64,000 bases of DNA from contig BFEA01000016.1 of the NCBI GenBank assembly GCA_003427395.1, forward strand, positions 2,874,102-2,938,101, in the 5' to 3' direction. This stretch comes from Chara braunii. Lineage: Eukaryota; Plantae; Charophyceae. A program made the position numbers and the translations under genes. Of the stretch, positions 1-13,944 are shown in pieces (the first letter of the stretch is position 1; every line of letters begins with the position of its first letter). Below the pieces are notes generated by a model. The model searched no databases, was not told the DNA's origin, and was given only the letters and a program-made list of their open reading frames with translations.

Positions 1-353
1 GGTGGTCGCAGCAAGATACGTAGAAAAAGTTGGCGAATGGCAGATCGCAACGGACGTGTCCTTTCAGATCCCTTGCTTCGAGGAAGGGCAGAATGTGGCA
101 GACATCCTCCAGGAGAAGATAACGATTGAGTTCCCGTTGGGCATGTTCGAGTCTGTACCGGACGAAACAGATCCGGAGGATATGCACTCCCGAGCGGAAC
201 AAGATGGTCGATCGACACAACACACAGAGCCGGGGAGGCACTCCCCCCATGCTTTTTCTCCCTTGATCGTCAAGCTACCGGAAACTGCACAACGGAGAAC
301 AGGGATGAGATGGAGACCTTGACTTTTTCGAGAAAGCACAAGAAGAACTGGCT

Positions 354-3300
354 ATGTGGAGGTGGTGGGACCTAAAAGGCCTGCAAATAAGAGCCATAAT
401 GAACGAATATGAGCTTAGTGAATCAATGTTGAAACACTTCTTCGCCCGTATCAAGGCCAACTTGAGGGATACCACTATAGAAAGATTGAAAACGCTCAGT
501 GAACTGGAAGAGACAATGACAACCAGCGAGGGTGTGCTTGGAATCGCAAAGGACTTCTACCAGGATCTGTATCAGACCAAAACTCAGTCGCCTATCCCAT
601 CTGGCATAAAGGAAGCAAGACAAAGAACGCTGCAATATCTGGAACAAACGATATCAGTCGAGCAAGCGGAAGCCTTAGACAAACCATTAACAGTGGGCGG
701 ACTCCTCCAAGCACTCAAGAGTATGAATAACGACAAATCGCCAAGGATTGATGGGTTAACAAAGGAATTATGGGAGAAATTTTGGCCACTCTTAGGGGGA
801 GACTTAATGAATTTCTACAAGGAAAGCTGGGACAAAGGGGTTTTTGGCAATCTCTTGAGTAGTAGTGTTGTCACACTGCTGTACAAAAAGGGAGACAAAG
901 AGGACATTAGAAATTACGGACCAATTTCGTTACTAATGCTCCCTTACAAGATCCTGGTCAAAGCTCTCTCTGCTAGAATTAAGAACTTAATGGATAAATG
1001 TTTCCACATTGACCAAACGGGCTTCATCGTTGAACGGTATATATTGGATAATGTATTGAACCTAAATGTGGCAGCGAACAAAGTCAAAGAAAAGAGGATA
1101 AACCCAACCATACTCTTCTTTGACTTTGAGAAGGCGTACGACCAAGTCAATTGGTATTTCATGGACGCGAGTATGGAACAAATGGGTGTGGGACCTAACT
1201 TAAGGAAGTGGGTCCGAATTCTGTACAATGATGCCATAGGCTGCGTACAGGTAAATGGGTTCCTATTGGAAAGCTACCCAATTTCCCGTTCGGTTAGGCA
1301 AGGAGACCCACTCGCCCCCTCGATCTTTTACTCGTAATGGAGGCCATTGAGTCATTCCTACCAAAGGATCCCTCCATTCATAGGCTCCCAGAGGTCAATG
1401 CGGGGTAGGCTCACCATATGAATTTTCCGACCGCAATCATGTTTGCAGATGACCTTACGGTCCTGATCAGAGCCTCCGATTCCTCATTGGTGGTGGCTTT
1501 CTGATGAGGATCTTCCTCATCTGCAAGGGCCTGAGGTCGCAATGACGTGGGATACGCCAGATACCCCTACCCGCTTCCTGGGTATTCTCATGACTAGGGA
1601 GGGTCTGGCACCCCAGATGGCCCTAAACATGCGAACAAAGCAAGTAAACAAGCTAGGGAGATGGGGGAACACATTCGCCTCAGTAATTGGCCGAGCTCTG
1701 GTGCTCAACACATCGGTGTTTTCTATGATGTGGTATATAGCCTTGATATGGATAATACCAGATAGCTCAATTGAGGAAATCAACCACATAGCAAGGACTT
1801 ATTTATGGACAGGAAATCCCAACAAAAAGGGGTGCATCCCCAAGATTGCATGGCAATACATCATTAGGAAGCCATTGCATGGGGGTCTAGGGATTATAGA
1901 CCCTAGATATGAGACAAAACCCCTCCAAGTTAAATGGATAGTCAGACTCTTGATGAAGCCAGAAAGCGCGTGGAACAAATTGGCATTAGACAGCATCAGA
2001 GCGTTGGCTCCAGTAGCTTCACCAAAAAATATGACGGGTCTGTTTTGGATAATGAACAAGGAATGAAACCTGAAAATAGGCAGGAGAAGACCAAGAAGGG
2101 GATCTGATTTGGACACAGCTAGACGCCCTACCCCATACTGGTCGGCTCTGATTCGGATCGGGAGAGAAATATTACCAAAGAAGACCAATAGACCAAATTC
2201 CAAAGATGAGGTCTTAAGACAACCGCTGTTCGGCAATGAATGGGTGACAGACGAAGGTGATAATCCTCTATATTGAGATCACAACTGGCTATTGTGGGTC
2301 AAAAATGGGGTATGGGCAGTAAGCCACCTATGGAACGAAGAAAGGAAAGAATGGGCGACCGAACAGGAGATGAGCACACGTCTGAAGGGTTGCCACAGAC
2401 GAGGGCCCAATCTCCAATACANGATGAAGCCAGAAAGCGCGTGGAACAAATTGGCATTAGACAGCATCAGAGCGTTGGCTCCAGTAGCTTCACCAAAAAA
2501 TATGACGGGTCTGTTTTGGATAATGAACAAGGAATGAAACCTGAAAATAGGCAGGAGAAGACCAAGAAGGGGATCTGATTTGGACACAGCTAGACGCCCT
2601 ACCCCATACTGGTCGGCTCTGATTCGGATCGGGAGAGAAATATTACCAAAGAAGACCAATAGACCAAATTCCAAAGATGAGGTCTTAAGACAACCGCTGT
2701 TCGGCAATGAATGGGTGACAGACGAAGGTGATAATCCTCTATATTGAGATCACAACTGGCTATTGTGGGTCAAAAATGGGGTATGGGCAGTAAGCCACCT
2801 ATGGAACGAAGAAAGGAAAGAATGGGCGACCGAACAGGAGATGAGCACACGTCTGAAGGGTTGCCACAGACGAGGGCCCAATCTCCAATACATAATTAAT
2901 CGCATCCCACAAGACTGGAAATATATTTTGAATGAAGCGTTGCCCTGGAAGTTCGGAGAGTGGGGATTAAGGTGCAAGAGTCCCCGCCATCACGAGTCTT
3001 CCAATTCTCACACATGCAACCGGTATCAACCACCAAAGCCGTCTTTTCCTCCTTCCCGATCTCCCCGTCCAAGCAGGGCATGCCATCTATATTAAACAAA
3101 GATATGGAATCGACAGTCATAGAGATCTTCTTACTTAGGAAAGTTAGAGTACTAGGCTCATGCCCTAAGCTAATTTTCAGACCAGATACGGCAGTACATG
3201 ATCTGGAATTCGACTGGGCAGAGTGGGCCTGGACACCGGACAAGGATAGGTATATCAAGTCTCATGTCCCCATAGAGAACTATACAGTTAATTCGGCTAC

Positions 3301-4058
3301 AAACTCTTGGCTAAAGCAAAAGACCCAGATCCTATAATCAAGTGCAGATGGCAGAAACTAATAGGCCAGGAAGCTGACAAAATTACACAGATTCCGTGGA
3401 AGAAATTTAAGACTGTCAGGCCGATTAAAGTCAGAAGCCTTCAGTGGCTTATCACATACGCTGCACTGCCAGTGAATCAATGGCTTCACACACGACATCA
3501 CAAAAACGATCCCACCAGTTCAAGCCTATGCACAGTTTGTACAGAAGGGGCGCAAGAAGACGTGTTACACTGCCTAATTCAATGTAACGAGGCGACGGAT
3601 TACTACGCACGGGCCTCAGCCCTCTGGGACTCCCTTTTCCATGCCCCCTTCCCCGAACATCCCATCCAAATCCTTCTCTGGACTAACATTCCTGACCAGC
3701 TCAAGAAGACGGAAAGGTTATGGTTCGGCCTGATCAGGAAGGTGACGTTATGGATCATTTGGAAAGAGAGATGCTGCAGAACTATCGAAGGCTTTCCAAC
3801 CCAAGAGAGAAGATATGGGCGGAGACGAGAGCCATGCTACAGGCTGAAATTCTTTGCAGATGGCAAAAGTTAAAGCAGTCGATGCCTGAAGATGAGGATC
3901 TGCGAGAAAAGGCTGGGAAAAAGTTCACCAGGCTGTGGTTAGTGGACAGTAAGGTGGCTGAGTTACGGATCGACCGAGTGTACTGGAAAGACTGGCACAG
4001 TTCAGAGACAGGCAGGAAAGCCCAGACTGTGCCTGCAACAGATAGGCAGCTGAGTTGA
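354..4058 (+). pseudogene. LINE ORF2 remnant (reverse transcriptase and C-terminal zinc finger; endonuclease deleted)
   Basis: ORF pieces 354..1337, 1542..2066, 2763.., 2960..3337, 3307..3873 and 3720..4058 are colinear with ORF2 of the other copies and are broken by stops and frameshifts. Confidence 0.88.
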
Positions 4059-4379
4059 AGGGAGTAAGGGATACCAGGCTTCAGGAACGAGAGCCAAGAG
4101 GAGAGGCAAGGAGAATTAAGATTGGTGTTGGGAGGAAGTGACCTAGGCCTGTCACAGACACTGCAAAGACTGATCCAGGTCGGACAAGGGAGAGGGCATC
4201 AAGAGCTGATGCACTAGCTGACTCAGGACAGAGCAGATAGCCCCCTACATCAAAGATGGACGGGTTTACACACCTTACAATAGGAAGGGAGAACACAAAA
4301 CGTACCCTTGGTTCACAGTCATCAGGTTGTCTCTAGAGGAGGTACAACAGAAAAGGGGTACAACGATGAGGAATAAGGG

Positions 4380-4445
4380 AGGGTTTAGGGTTTAAGGGTC
4401 TTAATCATCGGGTAATGGCTCAGGGGTTTAGGGTCTAAGGGTTTG
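4380..4445 (+). repeat. Degenerate TTTAGGG (plant telomere/telo-box-like) units in the LINE 3' UTR
   Basis: gggtttagggtttaaggg ... ggggtttagggtctaagggttt; homologous units occur on the minus strand at 19152..19461. Confidence 0.6.
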
Positions 4446-5211
4446 GTCAGTCGGAACAGCTTAAGACAGCAGTCCTAGGCNNNNNNNNNNNNNNNNNNNN
4501 NNNNNNNNNNNNNNNNNNNNNNNNNNNNNNNNNNNNNNNNNNNNNNNNNNNNNNNNNNNNNNNNNNNNNNNNNNNNNNNNNNNNNNNNNNNNNNNNNNNN
4601 NNNNNNNNNNNNNNNNNNNNNNNNNNNNNNNNNNNNNNNNNNNNNNNNNNNNNNNNNNNNNNNNNNNNNNNNNNNNNNNNNNNNNNNNNNNNNNNNNNNN
4701 NNNNNNNNNNNNNNNNNNNNNNNNNNNNNNNNNNNNNNNNNNNNNNNNNNNNNNNNNNNNNNNNNNNNNNNNNNNNNNNNNNNNNNNNNNNNNNNNNNNN
4801 NNNNNNNNNNNNNNNNNNNNNNNNNNNNNNNNNNNNNNNNNNNNNNNNNNNNNNNNNNNNNNNNNNNNNNNNNNNNNNNNNNNNNNNNNNNNNNNNNNNN
4901 NNNNNNNNNNNNNNNNNNNNNNNNNNNNNNNNNNNAAAAAAAAAAAAAAAAAAAAAAAAAAACACTCTATGGAGATGTGAACAGGGAAGGAAGAAATTGC
5001 ATGCCAACGTGCACAGCAGCGAGCACAGCAGTACACAACTTTCCACATCGTGTCCATCATGCTACAACACGGTCAACACAGGAGAGGGAAGAAACCTAAC
5101 TAGGAGCTATCGTAATGAAAGAAACAGAGTGTGGGTGACTGAGACAGGCCTCACTTGACGAGCTCCCCTGGTACTGATCCATGCATGGTTGTGCTCAACT
5201 CTGCAATGCAG

Positions 5212-5297
5212 CTTGTTTACATGTCCTTCAAGTGTTTGGAGCTAAGGTGTTCAGTATCCTCCTTTGCACTAGGCGAACTGTCCTGCCTGCAGAGACT
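5212..5297 (+). CDS. Putative internal exon 1 of a host gene (xCLHVLQVFGAKVFSILLCTRRTVLPAET)
   Basis: tgcag acceptor, gtaagt donor, open frame ending in phase 0 and compatible with exon 18673. Confidence 0.55.
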
Positions 5298-8200
5298 GTA
5301 AGTCCACCTTCTGCTGACTACCAGCTTTGTATATATTTTGTTTGTAAATGATGCAAGTTATTGTGAATGTAGCGGGAGGGAAGGGTGTGAAAAACGAGAA
5401 GGGGAGGTGGAGGAGGTGTGGGGGCTGGCAGTGGGAGGGAATTGGTCAAGGGCATGGAAAAGAGTGTGCAAGCATCAGTAGAACTAGGGCAGCCTAATGG
5501 CAGAGCAGGGGGAGGAGACTCAGAACGATGTTAGAGGAGAGGGAGATGAATAGTGAACTAACAAAGGGTGTCCTATATGGATGGACATTGCTAGAACATG
5601 AGGTTGTGCATCGGGTGTGTTTTCAAGCAGTAGAGACCGTGTTTGTTGTAGATTGCAGAGGTTTGAATGATCGCGGATGGGATGTCGATCTGTATCGCGG
5701 TGATGTGTTGTTTTGTTTCACCCTGTAAACGATGTTTATGGAAAAAAAAGGGGTTTTAGTTGTGTTGTAGTGCGTTCAGTACACACTACAATTGCCGTGA
5801 CATCTGTGAGTTAATTTGGATGGCATCTTTGCATGATGCTATGTGAAATGCTATGTCCCATTCTGTCTCCCATTCTACCATTGCCGTGTGTACTGTACTA
5901 TATGTGTCAATATTCTTTGCACAGTATGCCTAGTGTGTCGTATGTGTGCGTAGCATGTGGGCTCATGAAATGTTTTAGTGTGCTATATGCCATGCTGGTC
6001 ATGTGTGTGCTGCTTCGGTAATGCTTTTGTATTGTGCCATGGTTTGCGGTATGCTATATGCTGCACGATGATGGTGCTTCTTGCCATTTGCCTATAGTAA
6101 ATATGTCGTGCTCTATGGTATGGCATGTGCAGTGCGTGATGTGTCATGCTGATTGGTGGGCCCTGTAGCCTCCGATTTCTGCATGTCACTACCTGTTGCG
6201 TGTGATATTTTTGAGGCCCTTAAAACTTCTCCCTCTCATTAGTCTAATAATAGCCTTATTCTAAGTTATTCATTTCCTCATCTCTGGTCCCAGGCTTGAT
6301 CATTTCTGGTCTTGCATCTCGAACACATCATACACTAACCTGGTTCTGAGACCTCCTCTGAGCTATCCAGCAGTGTTGATCCTTTTGCCCAAGTTCCCAA
6401 CACTGGGCTCAGCCTCATGTGGCCATATTTGCCTGCATACCTATAAGGATCTAACTCTCGAGTCGCGACTGATTGCAATACATGTGTATGCTTTGTTACA
6501 GCTCCCAATGACTACCCACTAGGTTAGCCTGTCAGTTGATTGGCATCCATCATGATATATTTCGTCCGTTTGCCATGACTCCATAGCTAAAAAAAGTCTG
6601 ATTGTCTGATTTCATGCTCTTTGTGGTGTGGAATGATCTTTCAGGGCGAACACCATAAATAGCTGGGTATCGAACTTCAGATATCCGGGATATCAGGAGA
6701 GGAGGGCACTTCCAATTCAGCGCTTGGGGTCGACCCGTCGTCCAGACGCTGGCTCAAATTCATCCTCTGTATGTCAGAAGGGGCTGATTGCAAGTGTGGA
6801 AGTAAAGGTCTGAAGTTTGAACCTTTTATAAACTTAAAAAAATGTGGTTGAATGTTGGCTTAGAGTGTCTCTCCAATGAATCCCATCAGGTCATACTACC
6901 CCCAGCTCGTCAAGACTTAACATGAAGAAGCAATGTGAATGCCACTATCACTCCTTTGTATATACTCTGGGGAAGTTTTCTCCAGCTCACCAAGTGTAAC
7001 GCATTGTGCAATTTTTGATCCTATGCCCTGCAGCGACATGCACACAGGACATATCAAACTAACTTCCTTCTAAGGAAGGAAGCTTTCTGGATCTCTGTTG
7101 TTCCGTCTTTCGGCACAGGAACAAGTAGGTGGTTTGTCGATGTTTTTTTCTTGTGCGCATGGATGAGTTTTCTTTTGTCTGTGCATAGCTTGAGTTGCAA
7201 GACACTGCTGAAAGCTATTCCGGTGCACACACTTAGGCAGGAAAAACGCGTAAAGTTGTAAACTCATTCTACGTGCATTCCTAAATGTTGATGTCCGTTG
7301 TTTTCAAAGAAAGTTTGTGGTGTTGTCGAAGAAGCATGTATGTACTATGTAGTCCTCAGAAGTTAGTGTTTGCCTGTGCTCGGGACATAATTGTAAGCCC
7401 TCAAGTTCTGAGTTTGCTTTTAGACAGACGAACAGATCAAGCTTCTCTCGTTTGGTCATCATATGGTGGTGCTCTAAGTCAGGAATCAGGAAGTATTTTG
7501 TTTCTTCTTCCAAACTGTGAACAAGTTGGAAGTAGAAAGGATAACTCTGCAAAGCTTCATGTCCTATAGTAAATCTTTGTAATTTCTGTTCATATTCATG
7601 AATGGAGCCATCAATGGCCCAGAAAGGGAGGTCCGGATCCCAGCTGCATTCCGTTCCTGGTATCCAGAGTTGGAGTCAGACACATAGGGATGCAATGTTT
7701 CCAGAAAGTTCTTCCTGCGGTTTTCGAAGGCCAATAGGGGGGTTGCTTCGTGATGTTGGTGCCTGCAGAGGGGACAGGGTGCCATAACCGTTTCAACGTT
7801 TTTTGTAGCCATCCTGGTAGCTCAAAGTGTCAATAAACAACTAAGATAATTGTTGGGTTCACTCTGTTCATTGCAGGTCTCCATTGTCTCTATTGCAATG
7901 GTGCAATATTGCCCAAAGGAACATCATTCACAGTGTACATGTGAAATCTGCTTGTCACTTTGTGAAGCTCCGAGGAACAGCAATGCTGGAAATGAATCTC
8001 GGCAAATATTTGATGTACAACTTCGGGATGTCCAATTCTTACACCAACATGGCTGTGGAAAGGTATGTGATCCGCTCGACCATCTGTGGTCTTGCAATCC
8101 AGAGGGTCGTCTTTTTTGTTTCAACATCCATGCAGGGCCAACTATTGAAGGTGATATGAGCATCCCCCAATAGTAGGCTCCCCATTTGTAGTTGCCTCCA

Positions 8201-8416
8201 ATTTATTGGCACGGAGCTGCAGCTGCTGGAAACCGGGTCCAGTGTCCCACTTAGAAGTTCAGAGCAGTTTCTGAAAAGCAGAACAGCATTGATTGCCCTC
8301 GTGTGCGAGGGGATTTACTGCCCGCCAAGCCAAGTTCCAGCACACTCCTGCACCATACTTAAAACCACAATCTAGCCTTATTTCATGTCCTTCTTTTTTT
8401 TTTTTTTTTTTTTTTT

Positions 8417-8602
8417 AAACAGAACCTCATGGTTCTGGCTCCTACCATTCTGGGGAGCGACAGTCCGGTTCCTATTCCCCCGGCAAGTCAATATGGAATA
8501 CACGAGAGACTCACGCACGCTCCTCCCCATTCTGGCTGGGAGGCCCGAGTGGGCGGCATTGATTACTTCTCTGAGGAAGGATGTACCCCCTCTCACCCCT
8601 GC
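8417..8602 (-). ncRNA. Conserved structured LINE 3'-terminal RNA element (lineage B variant)
   Basis: Aligns with the tails at 18775, 50371, 59792 and 61048, with compensatory changes in the stems. Confidence 0.7.
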
Positions 8603-8854
8603 GTAAGTTAGCCTGTACTAATACTGCCTGTCCGTTGCCATTCCGTCTCTCCCCAGTTCTGCTCCTCTCAGCTGTGAAGCTGTCAGATCGGTGTGTTATG
8701 CTAGAGCGTTCTGAGAGACATATGGGCCTCTTGAAATCTCTAAAAAATCTAGAATTCTACTTGCTTTGTTTCCTCCTAGACCCTAAATCCTCAGTTGTAA
8801 TGCTGTCGTGATCTGCCGGTTTCTAGTCTAACGGGTAAAGTGTTGTTCCAGCAC

Positions 8855-8960
8855 TTACTCACGCTCGTCCCCCTTAGGGTGTGGAGGCCCAAGGGGCGGC
8901 ATTGATTACCTTCCAGTGGAGGGATGTACCAACCCACACCCCTGCTTAAGTTAGCCTGTT
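8855..8960 (-). repeat. Second, diverged partial copy of the 5' half of the 3'-terminal element
   Basis: ctcacgct...gggcggcattgattac...ggatgtacc...acccctgc.taagttagcctgt repeats 8510..8618. Confidence 0.75.
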
Positions 8961-9423
8961 CCAATGTGACTCCAGTTCTAAGGCTAGCGGTCTGGTTTGC
9001 CGTTTTCTCTATTTGGACCTTGTTCTACCTGTTCCTCTCAATTTCTAAGCTGTCGGATCTCTTTGGTTGCTAGTTTTGTTGTTCGGGTCCAATCTGTGTG
9101 TTTCTATGCCTTTTTGTCTTGGCGCCGTGCCCTGGGTGGGGCCTTGGGGTTCGTCAAGCATTCCTCTCCGCTCTTATGCGCGTTTACTTGCTGCTTACTG
9201 ACTTGAATACTGGTTATCTTCTTTATGTCTTGTCTGTTCTTTCTAGTATTGAGCTGTATCAAGCTGTTCTAGCTGTTGCCTTAGGACTTGGCTATCCTGG
9301 ATCTATGTTGGTCCTGAGTTTTATGTCTTGTTTGAGATGTAGAAGTCTCTGTTAGCTGTGGGTTCTCAAGTTGGTTTAGTCTAGGGTCTGGAGGGTAGTA
9401 TCTGTTGTGTGTTCTCCAATAGA

Positions 9424-12400
9424 CTATTCTGAGTGTATGTTGGCTTCCAGAGATTCAGGGATACTGTTGAGTGAGTGGTCTTGCGAATGTGGATTTGGTG
9501 GGGTTTCCTCCCATAATCGGGAAACTGGGCTTGAGCCTCGGATGAGAGCAATTTTGCCCTTGGCCAGTAAATTCTCTTCGAAGTTCTTTTGGTGCTCCTT
9601 GTCTTTGTCTTCGTCTTCCTTCATCTTCCTTCTTACGTTGTGCCATAGGACCCAGTACTCGGTTTCTACTTGTTGTTGAAGTAGTCCCCATGCTTCTTCA
9701 GTGTGCATTTTTTACTTTTCTATAGTTTTTTGACATCTTTTCCTCCATATAGCCCATAGTGCGGCTTTTCTAAGAATTCCGAAAAGTGTGAATTCTAATG
9801 GGCTCCAGTCTTTTGGGCCATTAAATCCTAGGAGTAGAAGTGTGTTGTCGGTTGTGAGGGTTGTGCCTGTTACCGTGTTCCATTACCTGCTGCTTTCTGC
9901 CATAGTGGTTTTATTCTAGGGCATAGGAGAAAACAATGGAAGAGGTTTTCTATTTGGCCGTTGTTGCAGTTAGCACACAGTTCTTTCAGTGGGTTTCTGT
10001 CTTCTTTTTCCCTTCTGACGTTTAACCATTGGCTCAGGGGGACTGCTAGATAAATGATTAACCATTGAAGGCTTTGGAATTTGGGCGGGTGAATGGATGC
10101 TATTTTGTTCCATGGTATTGGGTCGGCTGGTTCTATTTCTACCTCTAGGTGTCTTTTCCATCGTTCTGTGATTATTGGGTCTGGGTTTGCCGAGCCGCAT
10201 CTCAACCTATAGCCTAGACTGGTTGTGTATTGTAGTAAGTTGAATTTGGTGTTGATTCCTAATGTTCCTTGTTTTAGATTCCATGCCCATTCTGCTGGGT
10301 CTACTTCTAAGTTTTCTAAGGGGGTTTGGGGGAGGTAGATGGTTAGGACTTCGTTTTCTATTACTCTTTATCTTTCTTAGATTATCCTCATGGACAGAGA
10401 CTTGTGCTGTTGAGTGTTTACTGATCTTGCTGTGGTCTGAACCTGGCTCCTCTATTTCGTGCATGGTAAATATGTACCAGTCTTGTTTGTTTTCTTCTCT
10501 GCCCCAATATGCTAGTGTGTGTTTCTGTTGAGGTTCGTTTACTATTACGACCCAGTCTCCTGTGTTCCATTGTCTATCTTTTTTTAGAGTTGGGATCCAT
10601 TCTTGTGGGATGGCTGCTATGATTTCCTGTAGGTTCTGGTTTAGCTGATGGCAGTGCTTGAGCTGTTGCCTGAGTTGTTTGTCTTGTTTCCATTCTTTCG
10701 TGTTGTCGTCCCAGATGTGTTTAATCTGCCATATTCCTTTTTCTAGCCAGACTCCCCACCTTGTGTCCTTGGAGGTTAGTGTGAATGGGCTACCGTCTTC
10801 TTTTGTTATCCACTGGTCGCAAAATAGGGGTTGTCGTAGTTTTTCCTCCTTGTTGTTTGGTTTCCTGACTTTAGCTGGGAAAATCTCTCTCCAGCCTCGA
10901 AAGATCCCTTTCCAGAACTTCAACCTGGATTCGTTTCTTGGGTACGTTGTGGTCTGGTTCCCCCCTTTCATTGACCATGATTTGCTCATTACCCAGAAGG
11001 AGCCTTCCATGTTGGATGGGGTGTTATGTACTGGTAGTTGTTGTATCCCGTCTAGGGCTAAGTCTGTCTAGGGTAAGGTAGGTCTATTGATGAGCTTAAG
11101 GATCCATTTGGTCTGTAGGGCTTTTATTTGGGCCGTGGGGTCCAGGACTCCCAGTCCTCCTTGCCTTTTTTTCCTAGTGACATATTGCCAAGCTACTTGG
11201 GTTATGAAATGTTGCCTGGATGCATCTCCTGTCCACAGATAGGCTGTGGCTTTCGTTTTTTGGTTTCTCAGCGTTGACTGGTCCGGATTCCAAAAGGCTG
11301 CTACATACCACATCATGACGAAAATGTATGAGTTCAATATTAGTGCTCTTCCATATAGTGAGGTATGTATTTTGCCCCAGATGTTTAGTTTACTTGTCAT
11401 CTTGGCTAGGAGACTAGGATTCATGTTTGTTTCTGCTCCGTGTTCTGTCATTTGGATCCCTAGAACTTTCAACGGGTCCTTAGGGTCTGACCAAGTCATA
11501 TCGTCGGGGATGTTGTGGGGGAGATCTGTACTTTCATTGGTTAACCACCATCCTACTGTTTTTTGTCAGTTGATTCGCATTTCGGAAGCTAGTTGATATG
11601 CGTGCATTGCTCTGGCGAGGGCCTCAAAGGATGAGCTTGATTGTCTTATGAGTACAGTCAAGTCGTCTGCAAACATGATTGTGGGAGGTATGTGGTGTGT
11701 TCTGTTGAGGTCTCTTGTCGGGTTTATGAGTCTTTGTATGGACGGGTCTTTCCTAAGGAAGGATCTTATTGCCTCCATGATAAACAAGAATATAGGTGCT
11801 GCTAACGGGTCTCCTTGCCTTACTGATCTAGACATCTTGTAGAGATCGGATATGTGACCATTTACTTGAACTGCTCTGTGTGCATCATTGTATAGAATTC
11901 TAACCCAATTTTTAAAGTTCGGGCCTACTCCCATCCTTCCCATGCATTGTTGGAGGAAATCCCAATTGACCTGGTCATAAGCTTTCTCAAAGTCGAAAAA
12001 GAGGGTTGCTGCATTTAGTTTTTTATCCTTAATATATCTTACAGATTCGGTTAGTGTCATTACGTTGTCTAGTATAAATCTGCCCGGGATGAAGCCCGTT
12101 TGGTCTATGTGGAAGCAGTTTCTGGCGATCTTACTTATTCTGTTTGCTAGAAGTTTGGCTAGGATTTTGTATGCTACTGTTAGTAGCGTGATAGGTAGAT
12201 AGTTTTTAATATCAGTGGGGTCCCCTTTTTTGTATAGTAGGGTGAATATTCCCGTACTGAGATACTTCCCTAAACCGTCTGAAGCCCATGCTGATCTTAT
12301 AAACCTACAGTACTCGTCCCCCAAGAGTTCCCAATATTTTTGCCAAAAGTCTTTTGACAGGCCGTCTTGTCCCGGGGTCTTCCCTGATTTCATTGAGTTC

Positions 12401-13935
12401 AAGGCTCTTTTAATTTCGTCATTTGTAATGGGTGCATCCAGTTCTTCTGCTAGTGTTGTGGGGATTGTTTTGGCCAAGTGTTTACAAAATTTTTCTCTTG
12501 CTTGTGCCACTTGTCCCGGAGTGGGATGTTCTGTTTAAGAGGTGTATAGGTTTTTATAAAAGGATTCTGCTATTGCTAGCATTTTCTTTGGATTTGAAGT
12601 GAGTCCTTTTTCTCCTCTCAGTTGGTGGATGACAGAGTTTCTTCCTCTTGCTCTGATTTTTTGGGAAAAAAACTTCGTCATTTTTTAACCTTCCTCCCAC
12701 TCTTTGACCCTTGCTCTTAGTCTCATTCCCCTTGCTTTCCATGAGTTCCAGGCGCCCAGTTCTGCTCTTGCTTTAGCTAGTGAGTCTTCATATGAAATCT
12801 GACCTGGATTATGGATGAGGAACTTTTCTGCTACCTGGACTGCTGCTTCTAACTCCTGTATGCATTTGTTTCTTTTGGCTGACAATTTTCTTGATGCTAT
12901 GGAGGCTGCTTTGGATAAGTTGGCTATTGTGCTCGGAAAGTCAGCTCCTTCCTTTTCTGAGTCTATGCATGCTATGGCTATTGCTTCTTTCATTTGTGGA
13001 GTGTCCAAAATGAAGTTATTAATCTTGAAAAAGCTAGGACCTTTCTGTGCTCCTGGGTCGAAGAGTAGCTTGATGAAGATTGGATTGTGATCTAGCCCGT
13101 TATTGTAAGGGAGTTTGCCTATTCCTACACTATGAATTGCTCCTCCAAGGGTTTCGGATACTAGAAAATAATCTATTGTTGAGCTTGTTATATGTTGTGA
13201 TCTATTTCTTTTTCTGTAGGTGAATCTTTTGATTTCTGGGTAGATTGTTCTGAGTGGTTCTATTAGGTTTCTTTCCATCATGAGTGCGGTCATTTCTTGA
13301 GCTTCCTTTAACTGTAATTCTTCTCTGTCTGTTTGTGATGAGGACATCTGGTCGGTAGACGACTCTAACACTGTGTTCCAATCTCCTGCTAGTAGCAGGT
13401 GCTTCTTTGTGTCACACCTTGCTGAGATGCGTTGTATAAAATCTCTTCTCTGAGATGAGTCATTGGGTGCGTAAGCATTTATTGGTTGGAAGACCTCTTC
13501 CTTATACGTGAAAATAATATCTATCAATCTTCCATTTTCTGCATCTATTTGGCTTTGAATTATGTTGATTTGATTGGCTGCTCTTGAGTTTTCGTTCCAG
13601 AGGACGGATGTACCTGCTGAGCCGATCCTGGGGGATGGTGACCATTGGCTCATTTTTACATGTCTTAGTTTAGCCTGTATTTTGTTGATTACTGCTTGAT
13701 GTTTTGTTGAGTTTGTTAGGTGTGTTTCCTGTATGCATACTATGTCGGGTGGATTCCTTGAGAACCAGTTGAGGTAATTGGTCATATTGTCCCATTTTTC
13801 GTTGTTAGATAAGGTTGTTGCTAGTCCGCTGACGTTCCATGACATCACTGTTAACTCAAGCTCACTCGGCCTGAGAGTGAAATGTCTGACTCTGCCTGGT
13901 TGAGTGGTCCGAGTTATGTGGTTCAGTGATGTCAT
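9424..13935 (-). pseudogene. LINE ORF2 (APE endonuclease, RT, zinc finger) with frameshifts and stops
   Basis: SWNVSGL, QETH, NAYAPN, AGDWN, IDYFL and DH endonuclease motifs (12685..13935); DFEKAYDQV, QGDPL and FADD (11566..12510); GGLG; CANC..HCFLLC. Confidence 0.92.
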
Positions 13936-13944
13936 GGAAGGTTG

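Larger units (their letters stand above)
1..4962 (+). mobile_element. L1/Tx1-like LINE, lineage A copy 1 (runs off the window start, internally deleted, degenerate)
   Basis: ORF1 C-terminal fragment (2..322) matches the ORF1 of the 40913..50580 element. RT motifs FFDFEKAYDQV, VRQGDPL and FADD are present, plus a C-terminal zinc finger (CTVC..HCLIQC, IWKER). The 3' UTR resembles 19000..19600, and a poly(A) lies at 4936..4962 after an N-gap. Confidence 0.9.

Noticed and set aside
1952-2900. Apparently identical ~470-bp tandem duplication in LINE ORF2
   Set aside because: The copies look identical and are joined at a single N (2422), which is typical of a contig-overlap assembly artefact.
6250-8380. 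Possible decayed DNA-transposase (hAT-like) relic on the minus strand
   Set aside because: Only vague motif resemblance (LQSVATR), many stops, and no TIR or TSD found.
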